A stretch of DNA of 64,000 nt, taken from an uncultured Prevotella sp. (GTDB taxonomy: Bacteria > Bacteroidota > Bacteroidia > Bacteroidales > Bacteroidaceae). Positions 39,574-48,823 of the stretch are shown here, in pieces (within the stretch, counting starts at the first letter, position 1; the number at the start of each line of letters is the position of its first letter). The notes under the pieces are model-generated. The model was not told the DNA's origin. It saw only the letters and a program-made list of their open reading frames with translations, and searched no databases. The translations under genes and the position numbers were made by a program. Where the stretch lies: assembly GCA_900322095.1 (NCBI GenBank), contig ONYS01000004.1, positions 4,417 through 68,416 on the forward strand, read 5' to 3'.

Positions 39574-40192
39574 GAAGGGATTTGCAGAGGCCAGCATGAC
39601 GGATATAGCACGTTGCGCAGGCATCAGCCGCACGGTGCTCAACTATTATTTCCGAACGAAGGAGAAGCTTTTCGCGGCCGTGTTTTCTGACATCATCCAC
39701 GATTTCATCCCCCGGCTGAAAGACATCGCCCTGAGTTCAGGACCGATGGATGATACGGTGTCTGCCATCGTCGACATCTATTTCGACATTATGCACAAGG
39801 AGCCACGGCTGCCACTCTTCATGGTACGCGAGATCAACCGCGACGCCACGCATCTCTTCGCCACGCTGAAAGAACTGGACACGTGGAAGTATCTGGAGAT
39901 TCTGAAGCAGAGAATCAGACAGAAGATGGCCGACGGCGAGATAAAGCGCGTGCCTCTGCCCTTCATCTTCTACACTTTCTACGGTCTGATGGTTGTGCCC
40001 TTCCTCACCGAGCCACTCGTTGAGCTCTTCGTTGGCAACAAAGTGGACGACAAACTGCTCATGCCCTGGCACCAGCACGTCATCGACAGCATCCACCAGC
40101 TGCTGGCTGTGGACAATGAGGAATATGGACCCGTCAGAAGAAGTACGAAAGAATTGGAATGCAAACAAGGGATGAAGGTTCTCAGCAACTGA
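39515..40192 (+). CDS. TetR/AcrR family transcriptional regulator
   Basis: ARQVFIEKGF...DIARCAGISRTVLNYYFRTKEKL HTH. Overlaps the upstream ORF end by ~59 nt. Confidence 0.92.
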   Translation: MEEKNIEQQIIQVARQVFIEKGFAEASMTDIARCAGISRTVLNYYFRTKEKLFAAVFSDIIHDFIPRLKDIALSSGPMDDTVSAIVDIYFDIMHKEPRLPLFMVREINRDATHLFATLKELDTWKYLEILKQRIRQKMADGEIKRVPLPFIFYTFYGLMVVPFLTEPLVELFVGNKVDDKLLMPWHQHVIDSIHQLLAVDNEEYGPVRRSTKELECKQGMKVLSN

Positions 40193-40219
40193 TACCAACC
40201 TCATTCCCTCGTAAGAAAT

Positions 40220-40253
40220 AAAAGGCCAGCCCTGCAATAGGGCTGGCCTTTTT
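40220..40253. terminator. Bidirectional intrinsic terminator
   Basis: AAAAGGCCAGCCCT-GCAAT-AGGGCTGGCCTTTTT between convergent genes. Confidence 0.88.
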
Positions 40254-40279
40254 GAATTTTGTGAATTCAATGTATCGGA

Positions 40280-42556
40280 TTATTCGTCTATATCCATGTC
40301 GTTAGAGGAATATCCCTCCTCAAGGAACTTCTTCGTGGCGCGCAGCTGATGACGCATATTGCTCAGGAACTGCTGGCTCTCCTGCAGGAGATTCAGATAG
40401 ACCACAGAGATCTTCAACAGACTGTTGTCGGTGAAGCCCTGCATGCGGTCGATGTGCTTCTTGCGGATCTCGCTGAGCAAGTCCTTCATGTTGTCGGCTT
40501 TCTCCAGCACCGTACGGTACTCGCCAAACTCGCCCGTGGTGATGATGTCCTCGGTCTGTTTCAACAGGTCGTTGATGCCACGGCGTACGGGCTCATACTC
40601 AGCGATGTAGGTCTGAGGCATAGGATTGAAACTGTTGTCGACATGCTCCTTGATGGGCTCAAGCATACGGATCATGCAGTAGATGTACTGCTGGTCGGCA
40701 TTGAGGGCAACATGGAACCACGTGTTGCGCTCCAGGGCCACTTGCTGGGGAGCTCGGCGCAGGGCAAGGAGTTCCTGGCGGCGGATAACCCTCAAGTTAT
40801 CCTTCTCCTTGCGCAGGTCGCGGTTCACTTGGCGCAGATAGCTAGGACGGTTGTCCTCAAATCCATCTACCACCTTATTATATTCGTCGAAGGCAAACCG
40901 GGTCATCTCGCTCTGGTTGCTCTTGAAATGCTTCGTGAGCAGATCCCAAAGAATGTCCTTGTCCTTCGTGTGCATCATCAGCTCAAACATGCTCTCCTTC
41001 TTGTTCTTAGCCTTCTTGTTGAAGTTACGGTTGCTCCGGATGAGCATGAAGACTACGAGGCACATGAGAATCACCTTCACAATGATTCCGCCATACCACA
41101 TGATGCCACAGTTGACAAAGCAAACAAGGAAAGCTACGGCTGCGGTGATGAACCATCCACCAATCACGGAGAGCACACCCGAAACACGGAACACAGCGCT
41201 CTCACGTCCCCAGGCGCGGTCGGCCAAACTAGAACCCATGGCCACCATGAAGGTTACGTAAGTGGTTGAGAGGGGCAACTGGTGATTGGTACCAAAGGTG
41301 ATCAGCATAGAGGCCAGCACCAGGTTGACAGCTGCACGCACCACATCGAAAGCGGCTCCATTGTCGAGCTCTACATCATTCTTGTCAAAGCGGGAGTCAA
41401 TCCAGCGCGAAACGTTGTCCGGCGTATGAGTGGCCACAAAGTCGTTGGTGGTCTGCGAACCACGCACCAATGCCCGGGCAGCCATTGAGGAACCAAACTT
41501 TTCGTCGCCTTCTTCCTGGCGGCTAAGGTCTACAGACGTCTTGATGACGTTGCGGGCCTTCTTAGACGTAGCCATGGCGACAATCATGATCACGCCGGCC
41601 AGCAGCAGATACAGACCCGGCGACTTGGCACTCCCCATCAAAGAGGTCATCATGAACTGGTCAGGAGCAAGGCCGTTGCTGTTGGCCATATAGTCCTGAT
41701 AAGAGTCAAGACCGGCCAAAGGAACACCTATGAAGTTGACGAGGTCGTTGGAGGCAAACGACATGGCCAGCGCGAACGTTCCCATCAGAACGATGAACTT
41801 GAACACGTTGATTTTGGCCAGATACATCACTTCCATGAGAACGACAGACACGACAAAGGTGATCATCATCAGCATGTTGACATTGTCGTTGATGTAGTCA
41901 CGCACGTCAGCCGGTATGTAGGGCGACTTTCCAAAGCCTTTCAGGAAGATGAAGTAAGCAAGCGCGGTGAAGGCGATACCGCCGAAAATGGCGATGCTGT
42001 AGCGCGAATGCTTCTGATAGTTGAACGTGAAAACAATACGGGCTATCCACTGAACAATAGCGCCAACAATGAATGCCACAACTACGGAAGCGAAAATACT
42101 GAAAATCATCTTTCCTGCCATGGCCGTATTGATGAGGTCGGCCATCTGAAGGTTGGGGTTTTGCGAAACCATAATGGCAGCCATACAGAACGTACCGCCC
42201 AACAGCTCAAACACAAGAGAGATGGTCGTTGACGTCGGCATACCCAAAGTGTTGAAGACGTCGAGAACGATGACATCAGTAACCATAACGGCAAGGAACA
42301 CCGTCATCACCTGCTGGAAAGTATAATGGTCGGGTAGCAGCACTCCGTGTCGAGCTACGTCCATCATACCCGTCGACATCACGGCACCCAGCACCACACC
42401 AAACGAAGCTATGATGAGCACGGTGCGGAATTTGGCAACCTTGGCGCCAATGGCAGATTGGAGGAAATTCACTGCATCGTTGCTCACTCCGACAAACAAG
42501 TCGAAAAAGGCCAGCACGAGCAGGAATATCACAATGATTAAATAAATAGAACCCAT
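40280..42556 (-). CDS. Inorganic phosphate transporter (PiT family) with a helical PhoU-like C-terminal region
   Basis: Two PHO4 repeats (GVSNDAVN...PTSTT; ASNDLVN...PLSTT) and a long helical cytoplasmic tail. Confidence 0.88.
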   Translation of the reverse strand: MGSIYLIIVIFLLVLAFFDLFVGVSNDAVNFLQSAIGAKVAKFRTVLIIASFGVVLGAVMSTGMMDVARHGVLLPDHYTFQQVMTVFLAVMVTDVIVLDVFNTLGMPTSTTISLVFELLGGTFCMAAIMVSQNPNLQMADLINTAMAGKMIFSIFASVVVAFIVGAIVQWIARIVFTFNYQKHSRYSIAIFGGIAFTALAYFIFLKGFGKSPYIPADVRDYINDNVNMLMMITFVVSVVLMEVMYLAKINVFKFIVLMGTFALAMSFASNDLVNFIGVPLAGLDSYQDYMANSNGLAPDQFMMTSLMGSAKSPGLYLLLAGVIMIVAMATSKKARNVIKTSVDLSRQEEGDEKFGSSMAARALVRGSQTTNDFVATHTPDNVSRWIDSRFDKNDVELDNGAAFDVVRAAVNLVLASMLITFGTNHQLPLSTTYVTFMVAMGSSLADRAWGRESAVFRVSGVLSVIGGWFITAAVAFLVCFVNCGIMWYGGIIVKVILMCLVVFMLIRSNRNFNKKAKNKKESMFELMMHTKDKDILWDLLTKHFKSNQSEMTRFAFDEYNKVVDGFEDNRPSYLRQVNRDLRKEKDNLRVIRRQELLALRRAPQQVALERNTWFHVALNADQQYIYCMIRMLEPIKEHVDNSFNPMPQTYIAEYEPVRRGINDLLKQTEDIITTGEFGEYRTVLEKADNMKDLLSEIRKKHIDRMQGFTDNSLLKISVVYLNLLQESQQFLSNMRHQLRATKKFLEEGYSSNDMDIDE

Positions 42557-42604
42557 TGTTTTTGTTTTATTGATTTTTCTTTGGCGCAAAAGTAAAAGAA
42601 GGCT

Positions 42605-42643
42605 ATTACAGGTAGATTAAACACATATTACAATAAGGTTACA
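42605..42643 (-). promoter_or_regulatory. Candidate Pho-box-like direct repeats upstream of the phosphate transporter
   Basis: TGTAAC/TGTAAT/TTTAAT/TGTAAT at exact 11-bp period, upstream of -7 box TACTTTTG (42587-42594). Confidence 0.65.
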
Positions 42644-42810
42644 ACGCGTTTTATACCTTATACCTATATAAAATTTATGATTTTGCTTGGGATTGAACAG
42701 CAAAACAGAATCACCGGATATCTTCCGTAAGGCTAAGAAATAACCGCAAGAAATAATAGTGAGCACCGAGAATTTATGGTTGCTGACAATTGTCAGCAAT
42801 GATGATTTCA

Positions 42811-42898
42811 GTTTTCTGCGCAGTTGCTCACCGTTTTCAGCATGGTTACTCTTCGTTTTCTGCATAGCTGCTCACCGCTTTCCGCACGGTTGCGCCCC
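42811..42898. repeat. Degenerate tandem 22-bp repeat x4
   Basis: GTTTTCTGCGCAGTTGCTCACC / GTTTTCAGCATGGTTACTCTTC / GTTTTCTGCATAGCTGCTCACC / GCTTTCCGCACGGTTGCGCCCC. Confidence 0.8.
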
Positions 42899-42998
42899 GT
42901 TTCGGTCATTTGTACACAAGGATCTCTTTTCTGTAGTTTTTCTTGCGGTATTCGTTTCGATTGATTACTTTTGTAACAATAAAACAAGAAACCATAAA

Positions 42999-44282
42999 AT
43001 GAAGAAGAATCTAAAAACAGCCACCCTCTGCGTGCAGGCAGGATGGGAACCGAAGAACGGCGAGCCGCGCGTGCTCCCCATCGTGCAAAGTACTACGTTC
43101 AAGTATGACAACTCTGAGGAGATGGCGATGCTCTTTGACCTTAAGAAGGAAGGCTATTTCTATACGCGTCTGCAAAACCCGACCAACGATGCCGTGGCCC
43201 GCAAGATTGCGGCATTGGAAGGCGGTGTAGGTGCCGTACTGACCTCCAGCGGACAAGCTGCAAACATGTATGCCGTATTCAATATCTGCGAGGCAGGCGA
43301 CCATATCGTGGCGTCAAACGAAATCTATGGCGGCACGTTCAACCTCTTCGGCGTCACGCTTAAGAAGATGGGCATCGACTGCACCTTCGTTGACCCGACG
43401 GCTTCTGAGGAGGAAATTGAGGCTGCCTTCAAACCGAATACGCGTGTTCTCTTCGGCGAGACCATCTCCAATCCCTCCTGCCACGTGCTCGACATCGAGA
43501 AGTTCGCACGCATCGCCCACCGCCACGGCGTTCCGCTCATTGTCGACAACACCTTCGCCACGCCCATCAACTGCCGGCCTTTTGAATGGGGCGCAGACAT
43601 CGTCACTCATTCCACTACAAAATATATGGACGGTCATGCCGTACAGGTCGGCGGTGCCGTCGTCGACAGTGGCAACTTCGACTGGGACGCCCATGCCGAC
43701 AAGTTTCCAGGTCTCACAACGCCCGACGAGTCATATCACCGCCTTGTCTACACGAAGGCTTTCGGCAAGATGGCCTACTGCACCAAACTCATCTCGCAGT
43801 TGATGCGTGACCTGGGCTCCATTCCCGCGCCGATGAACAGTTTCCTGCTCAACCTCGGCTTGGAATCGCTCCATCTTCGTATGGCCCAGCATTGCCGCAA
43901 TGCGCAGCGCGTAGCAGAGTTTCTCCATGACGACCCGCATGTGGCTTGGGTTTCCTATCCCGGACTGCCCGACGACAAGGACTATGTCCTCGCTCAGAAG
44001 TATCTGCCCAACGGCTCCTGCGGTGTGATGGCCTTCGGACTGAAGGGAGACCGCGAGACAGCCATCAAGTTCATGGATTCGCTTCAGTTGATAGCCATCG
44101 TCACCCATGTCGCCGACGCCCGCACCTGCGTACTCCATCCGGCAAGCCACACCCATCGCCAGCTGACCGACGAACAACTCCGTGCCGCTGGCATCGCGCC
44201 GGACCTCATCCGTCTCTCCGTCGGCATCGAGGACGCTGACGACATCCTCGACGACATCAAGCAGGCTTTGGCTAAGTTGTAG
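42999..44282 (+). CDS. metY: O-acetylhomoserine aminocarboxypropyltransferase / cysteine synthase family
   Basis: YTRLQNPT, SSGQAA, VDNTFATP, PLP-lysine motif HSTTKY, HPASHTH and IRLSVGIE. Start placed at MKKNLK. Confidence 0.9.
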   Translation: MKKNLKTATLCVQAGWEPKNGEPRVLPIVQSTTFKYDNSEEMAMLFDLKKEGYFYTRLQNPTNDAVARKIAALEGGVGAVLTSSGQAANMYAVFNICEAGDHIVASNEIYGGTFNLFGVTLKKMGIDCTFVDPTASEEEIEAAFKPNTRVLFGETISNPSCHVLDIEKFARIAHRHGVPLIVDNTFATPINCRPFEWGADIVTHSTTKYMDGHAVQVGGAVVDSGNFDWDAHADKFPGLTTPDESYHRLVYTKAFGKMAYCTKLISQLMRDLGSIPAPMNSFLLNLGLESLHLRMAQHCRNAQRVAEFLHDDPHVAWVSYPGLPDDKDYVLAQKYLPNGSCGVMAFGLKGDRETAIKFMDSLQLIAIVTHVADARTCVLHPASHTHRQLTDEQLRAAGIAPDLIRLSVGIEDADDILDDIKQALAKL

Positions 44283-44878
44283 CTCACGCTTGCTTAGAGA
44301 CAAGGACTAGATATACAAAAGGCCCTTTCCCGGCTGGCTCTCCTACAGTAAGAGTCGCCGGCGACGGGCTTTTTCGGGGACATTGGGTATTTTCAGTGGG
44401 TTGGGGACTGTAATTAGGCCAATGCTTATTTGCGCACTACGTGCTGGTGTGCCGCCTCCGGGGCACTGAGTCCATAACCTCTAGTAGTTCTGCTATCCCC
44501 AGTCTGCGCCCCTATCGTCGCTTGGGCAGAATATATCGAGTAGCCTGTCAGCTCACGTAATAATGAGTCGCTGGAACCCTTCCGTGACATTATTTTCCAC
44601 TCTTTCATTCGCAAATACCTAACCTACATTATTCATGGAGATTATTTTTCACACGAATATCCATAAATTATCCATAAATTTCTCATGAATATAATCATTT
44701 ACGAATAATTTATGGGTTCATGTTCAAAAAAGTAGCGTTTAATGTTCATGAATGATGCAGGCTAAGTACATCATCTCCCGATTTCGCCAATGCGTCACTC
44801 AAGAGAGGCAATTCAATATTATAACTTATTGATTTTCAATCAGCATATTGTAGATACGGCAAAGAGCGATGAACTCAG

Positions 44879-44922
44879 AAAAAAGCGCGATAGGAGATTT
44901 TTCTTTATCTCTTATCGCGCTT
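44879..44922 (-). terminator. Intrinsic terminator downstream of the GH78 gene
   Basis: AAGCGCGATAAGAGAT...ATCTCCTATCGCGCTT followed by a T-run on the - strand. Confidence 0.75.
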
Positions 44923-45006
44923 GGTTTAGCATCAGAGGGATGCACAAGTATTATAATATAGAATAGTCTCTAAGCATCATGCAATTGGGACTCAACTCGT
45001 CAAGTC

Positions 45007-48000
45007 TTAACGATCAGCCTCAAACTCATAAACTCCGGCAGGAAGCTCGATGGTGAGCTTGCCATTGGCAACAGCGCCGATGGTGACCTGCTTCTTAGCC
45101 TTGGCCAAGGGCTGTCCGTCGAGCAGAACCTTGCTGACCACCTTTCCCTTGGCGTCTGTAGCGACAGGGAGAAGAAGTGTAGCTGTGGTGTTGGCAGGCA
45201 CCGTGAAGCGGTAGCTGAAGCCCTGAGCGGTCTTGTTCCAGCTGCTCTCAATGCGGCCGTACATAGAATCGTAGTGGCCACGGGCTTCGGTCAGGCCACC
45301 CGTCACATCAGGTTCAGGCTGGAGGAAGAAGTGCTTGAAAGCAGGAGCAGCCTCATCGCGGGCGATACCCAAAGAGTTCTGCATGAGCCAGTTGGTGACT
45401 GAACCAAAGGCATAGTGGTTGAAGGAGTTCATGTGGTTGTTGCCACCGAAACCGTCATTCTTGGTGTAAGAGTTCAGGCGCTCCCAGATGGTCGTAGCAC
45501 CCTGCTCAACGGGATAGAGCCAAGAGGGGAAGTTGGTGTTCAGCAGCATGCGGTAGGCGTAGTCGCTGTGGCCGCTCTCGGTGAGGGCCTGGCTGATCCA
45601 ACCCGTACCGATGAAACCTGTCATCAGAGAGTAAGCAGGATAGGTCTTGCCGTCGTCGGCTGTACTCTGACGGGAAACGGTGTTGAGGAAGCTCTTTACG
45701 AACTTGTCCTTGAGAGCGGGGTTGATGATGTTGAATACGATGGGCAGTGCATAGCTGGTCTGCGTGTCGATGAGCACGCCCTTGCGCTTAGGACCGTCAA
45801 CGCCGCCAAAGGGATTGGGAACTTGCTTGCCCAGACCGGAACCGGTAGTGACACCCGTCTCGGGGTTGATGTAATGGTCGTTGATGAACTGGGCGCGGTG
45901 GTCGCGGATGGCCTGATACTTGGCCACGTCCTCGGTTTTGCCAAGAGCCTTGGCAGCACCAATCATGATGTCGAGCTCATGTACGAGATAGCAGTCGAAA
46001 AGCAGAGAGTTGTCGTTCTTGTTGACCTCAAAGCCGAGCCAGTCGCCGAGACCGATGCCATCGGTGAAGTTGTAGAAGTCCTGATCCTTGTCGATATACT
46101 TTGTCGTATGGAGGGCGATGAAGCGCTGCATGGCGGGATAATGCTCGCGAAGAGCATCGATGTCACCATACTGCAAGTAGCTCTGCCAAGGCATCGTGAT
46201 ACCTACACTGGCCCACAGAGGACCGCCGAAGCCACCACCGACTGGAGCAATAGCGGGGAAATCGCCATTGGCCAACTGCGTATTGCGGAGAGCGGTGAGG
46301 TGGCGGCGCAGGAACTCAGCGCCATTGAACATATACGACATAGTGGGCGAGAAGACGCTCAGGTCACCACTCCAGCCCATGCGCTCGTTGCGCTGCGGAC
46401 AGTCGGTAGGCACTGAGAAGACATTGGCAAGCGTAGACCACTGCGTATTCTTGAAGAAGCGGTTCAGATCCTTGTTATTGGTCTCGTAGCTGGCAGAGAG
46501 CTTGTCGACGGTGCTCAGCACCTGACCCTTGACGCTGCTGAGGGGCAGCGCATGGTCCATGCCGGTGATTTCGATATAGCGGAAGCCGTGATAGGTGTAG
46601 CGCGGTGAATAAGTCTCCGTGCCGCCCTTGGCGGTGTAGATGTCCTGCTCCATAGCGCCACGCATGTTCTCCATCATCACCATGCCCACCTCGTTCTTCT
46701 GCTGGTATTCGGGCAGGTCGGGATAGAGAACTTCGGCAAAACGCATGTAGACTTTCTGGCCGGGCTTCAGTCCGGTGAAGGTGATCTGCTCTACGCCGGC
46801 CATGTTCTGACCCATATCATAGACAAAGATGCCAGGCTTAACCTCCTTGACGCTCTGTGCGGTGAGAGTCGTGAATTGCTCCACGGGCTTGCCGAGCTGC
46901 GATACGAGATGGAAGTCGGAGTAGTTGTCGGGGGTAGGCCATGCAAAGAAGCCACTTGCTTTCTCATGGCTGATGACACCCTCCAAAGGAACGGCGACAG
47001 ACTGTTTCCACTGGCTGTCGTTGTAGCCAGCCTCAGCCCAGCCATTGAAGGCTGCGTCACGGGTAGCGTCGTAGACTTCGCCCTGGAAGATAGAACCCAA
47101 GCGCACAGGACCATCAACGCTGTATTTCCATGTAGAAGGATTGGTGACGACACGCTGAACGGTACCGTCGGTGTAGGTGATGACGAGCTCGGCGAGCAGT
47201 GACTGGCGGTCGCCGAAGAAGTTCCAGTTCTCACCGGCAAACGTGCTGGCGCCACTCCACCAGCCTTCGCTGAGGACAGCGCCCATAGCGTTCTGACCGC
47301 TCTTCAGCAGAGAAGTGACGTCATAGGTCTGATAGAACAGCGTGTGGTTGTACTGCGTAGAACCAGGGTTGAGACGGTCGTCGGCAACACGCTTTCCATT
47401 GACGAAGAACTCATAGATACCACGCGCCGAGGCATAGACGCGGGCCTTGGCAATCTGCTTGCCATTGGTGGCAAACTCCGTGCGAAGCATGGGAGCACCA
47501 TGCTCAACGGGAGTGAGCAGACGCATCTCGCCGCTCACTACCTCATTGTTGGCGAAGGTAGCCAGTGTGTGGTAGGGGTCACGGTAGTTGTCGATAGAGG
47601 CCTTCACGAAGGTGGCCTTCTGCTTGGCAGGTACATAAAAGCCCACATCACCTACCTGCGGGAAGGAGATGTAGTCGCCACCAACACCCATCGGGTTGAG
47701 GTGAAGCTCCTTCATCAGCGGAGTGCCCTGGCCGTCGAGATAGATGCTCGTCGTGCCATGCATAGAGGTGACGAGGATGCTGTGGGCAGCATAGCGGTTG
47801 TTGGCGTTGACGAGTTCAGGAGCAATCTTCTTGGAAGCGAAGGGCACGTCGGCCTTATCATTCAAGGTATAGCCCACGCGGTAGACATCGATGGACGCAC
47901 TGTCCTTCTTGTCCAGACCGGCGGTGTTGAGCACCACCTTAATGTAAGAGGCATTCTTGGCGTTCTCCACGCCGAGGATGTTCTTGTTGCGGTTCATCAA

Positions 48001-48549
48001 GCGCATGTCGTTGGCACCATAGACAATTCCAGCCTCACGCGTCTTGGTCTTCTTGTCGAGCTGCACGGTGGCATTGATGCGGAACACGGGCAGATACTGG
48101 CTGAAGAAGGTCAGCGCATCGTCTTGGCTGCCGCCAATCCACTGCGCGCCACCCCAAGCCTGCGACTTGTCGGAGTTGGACATCAGTCCGGTCTCAAACG
48201 TGGAAGTTGCCTTCTTCTGCTCGCCCTTGTTGTTCCATACGGTTACCGTCCAAGTGTAGCGCGTCATGGGGCTGAGCGCCTGACCGGCATAGCGAATGTT
48301 GAGGGAAACGTTGCTGGCGGTCTTACCGCTGTTCCAAATCTCAGTGCCCTTTTCGTTAGCTACAACAATCTGATAGGCTGACTGAGCGGCACCACGCTGG
48401 GTGTCCTGCATCTGCCAAGAAAAACGTGGCGTGGCGACATCAATACCCAGCGGAGAATCTGTGTACTCTACTTTCAAACCTTGCACGTTGAAAGCCTCAC
48501 TGGCCAGCGACAAAGCAAGTAAGAAAGCAGTTAAAGAGATCTTTTTCAT
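45007..48549 (-). CDS. Alpha-L-rhamnosidase, GH78
   Basis: Signal peptide; PRFSW, YDMGQN, YHGFRY, PTDCPQRNERMGWSGD, ATTIWERL and MNSFNHY motifs. Confidence 0.92.
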   Translation of the reverse strand: MKKISLTAFLLALSLASEAFNVQGLKVEYTDSPLGIDVATPRFSWQMQDTQRGAAQSAYQIVVANEKGTEIWNSGKTASNVSLNIRYAGQALSPMTRYTWTVTVWNNKGEQKKATSTFETGLMSNSDKSQAWGGAQWIGGSQDDALTFFSQYLPVFRINATVQLDKKTKTREAGIVYGANDMRLMNRNKNILGVENAKNASYIKVVLNTAGLDKKDSASIDVYRVGYTLNDKADVPFASKKIAPELVNANNRYAAHSILVTSMHGTTSIYLDGQGTPLMKELHLNPMGVGGDYISFPQVGDVGFYVPAKQKATFVKASIDNYRDPYHTLATFANNEVVSGEMRLLTPVEHGAPMLRTEFATNGKQIAKARVYASARGIYEFFVNGKRVADDRLNPGSTQYNHTLFYQTYDVTSLLKSGQNAMGAVLSEGWWSGASTFAGENWNFFGDRQSLLAELVITYTDGTVQRVVTNPSTWKYSVDGPVRLGSIFQGEVYDATRDAAFNGWAEAGYNDSQWKQSVAVPLEGVISHEKASGFFAWPTPDNYSDFHLVSQLGKPVEQFTTLTAQSVKEVKPGIFVYDMGQNMAGVEQITFTGLKPGQKVYMRFAEVLYPDLPEYQQKNEVGMVMMENMRGAMEQDIYTAKGGTETYSPRYTYHGFRYIEITGMDHALPLSSVKGQVLSTVDKLSASYETNNKDLNRFFKNTQWSTLANVFSVPTDCPQRNERMGWSGDLSVFSPTMSYMFNGAEFLRRHLTALRNTQLANGDFPAIAPVGGGFGGPLWASVGITMPWQSYLQYGDIDALREHYPAMQRFIALHTTKYIDKDQDFYNFTDGIGLGDWLGFEVNKNDNSLLFDCYLVHELDIMIGAAKALGKTEDVAKYQAIRDHRAQFINDHYINPETGVTTGSGLGKQVPNPFGGVDGPKRKGVLIDTQTSYALPIVFNIINPALKDKFVKSFLNTVSRQSTADDGKTYPAYSLMTGFIGTGWISQALTESGHSDYAYRMLLNTNFPSWLYPVEQGATTIWERLNSYTKNDGFGGNNHMNSFNHYAFGSVTNWLMQNSLGIARDEAAPAFKHFFLQPEPDVTGGLTEARGHYDSMYGRIESSWNKTAQGFSYRFTVPANTTATLLLPVATDAKGKVVSKVLLDGQPLAKAKKQVTIGAVANGKLTIELPAGVYEFEADR

Positions 48550-48763
48550 ACCTGATTTTTGTATTTGGTTTTAATTTTTAGTTTCGTTTGGCACCCGTCA
48601 TCTATGACGACATGGAACATTCTGTATTTCAGCTGCAAAGGTAGCCAATATTTTTTATCTTAGGCTGTGATAATTGGCTTAAAACCCTTGTTTTTTGACA
48701 TAGATGACGCGCCAAAGCTGTGAAGTAAGATCAATGTAACAGTTTCGTCACCTTTTGAATTTA

Positions 48764-48787
48764 TAGCCGCGACAAATGTCGCGGCTA
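48764..48787. repeat. REP-like palindrome
   Basis: TAGCCGCGACA-AA-TGTCGCGGCTA, with GTAG at the foot on the - strand. Confidence 0.65.
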
Positions 48788-48823
48788 CAAGTTGGGGAAT
48801 GGAGCTGTGGTCAGCCCCCATGA

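Noticed and set aside
42760-42998. SAM riboswitch or leader upstream of metY
   Set aside because: No recognisable SAM-riboswitch core. A -7 box lies only ~25 nt before the ATG, and the upstream region is a 22-bp repeat.
44426-44614. 62-aa ORF between metY and GH78
   Set aside because: No motif and an atypical start. Possibly a degraded fragment, but it cannot be supported.
44815-44845. TAACTTATTGATTTTCAA as an integrase att/arm-type site marking the cluster boundary
   Set aside because: Short, AT-rich and single-copy in the window, with no integrase or tRNA nearby.
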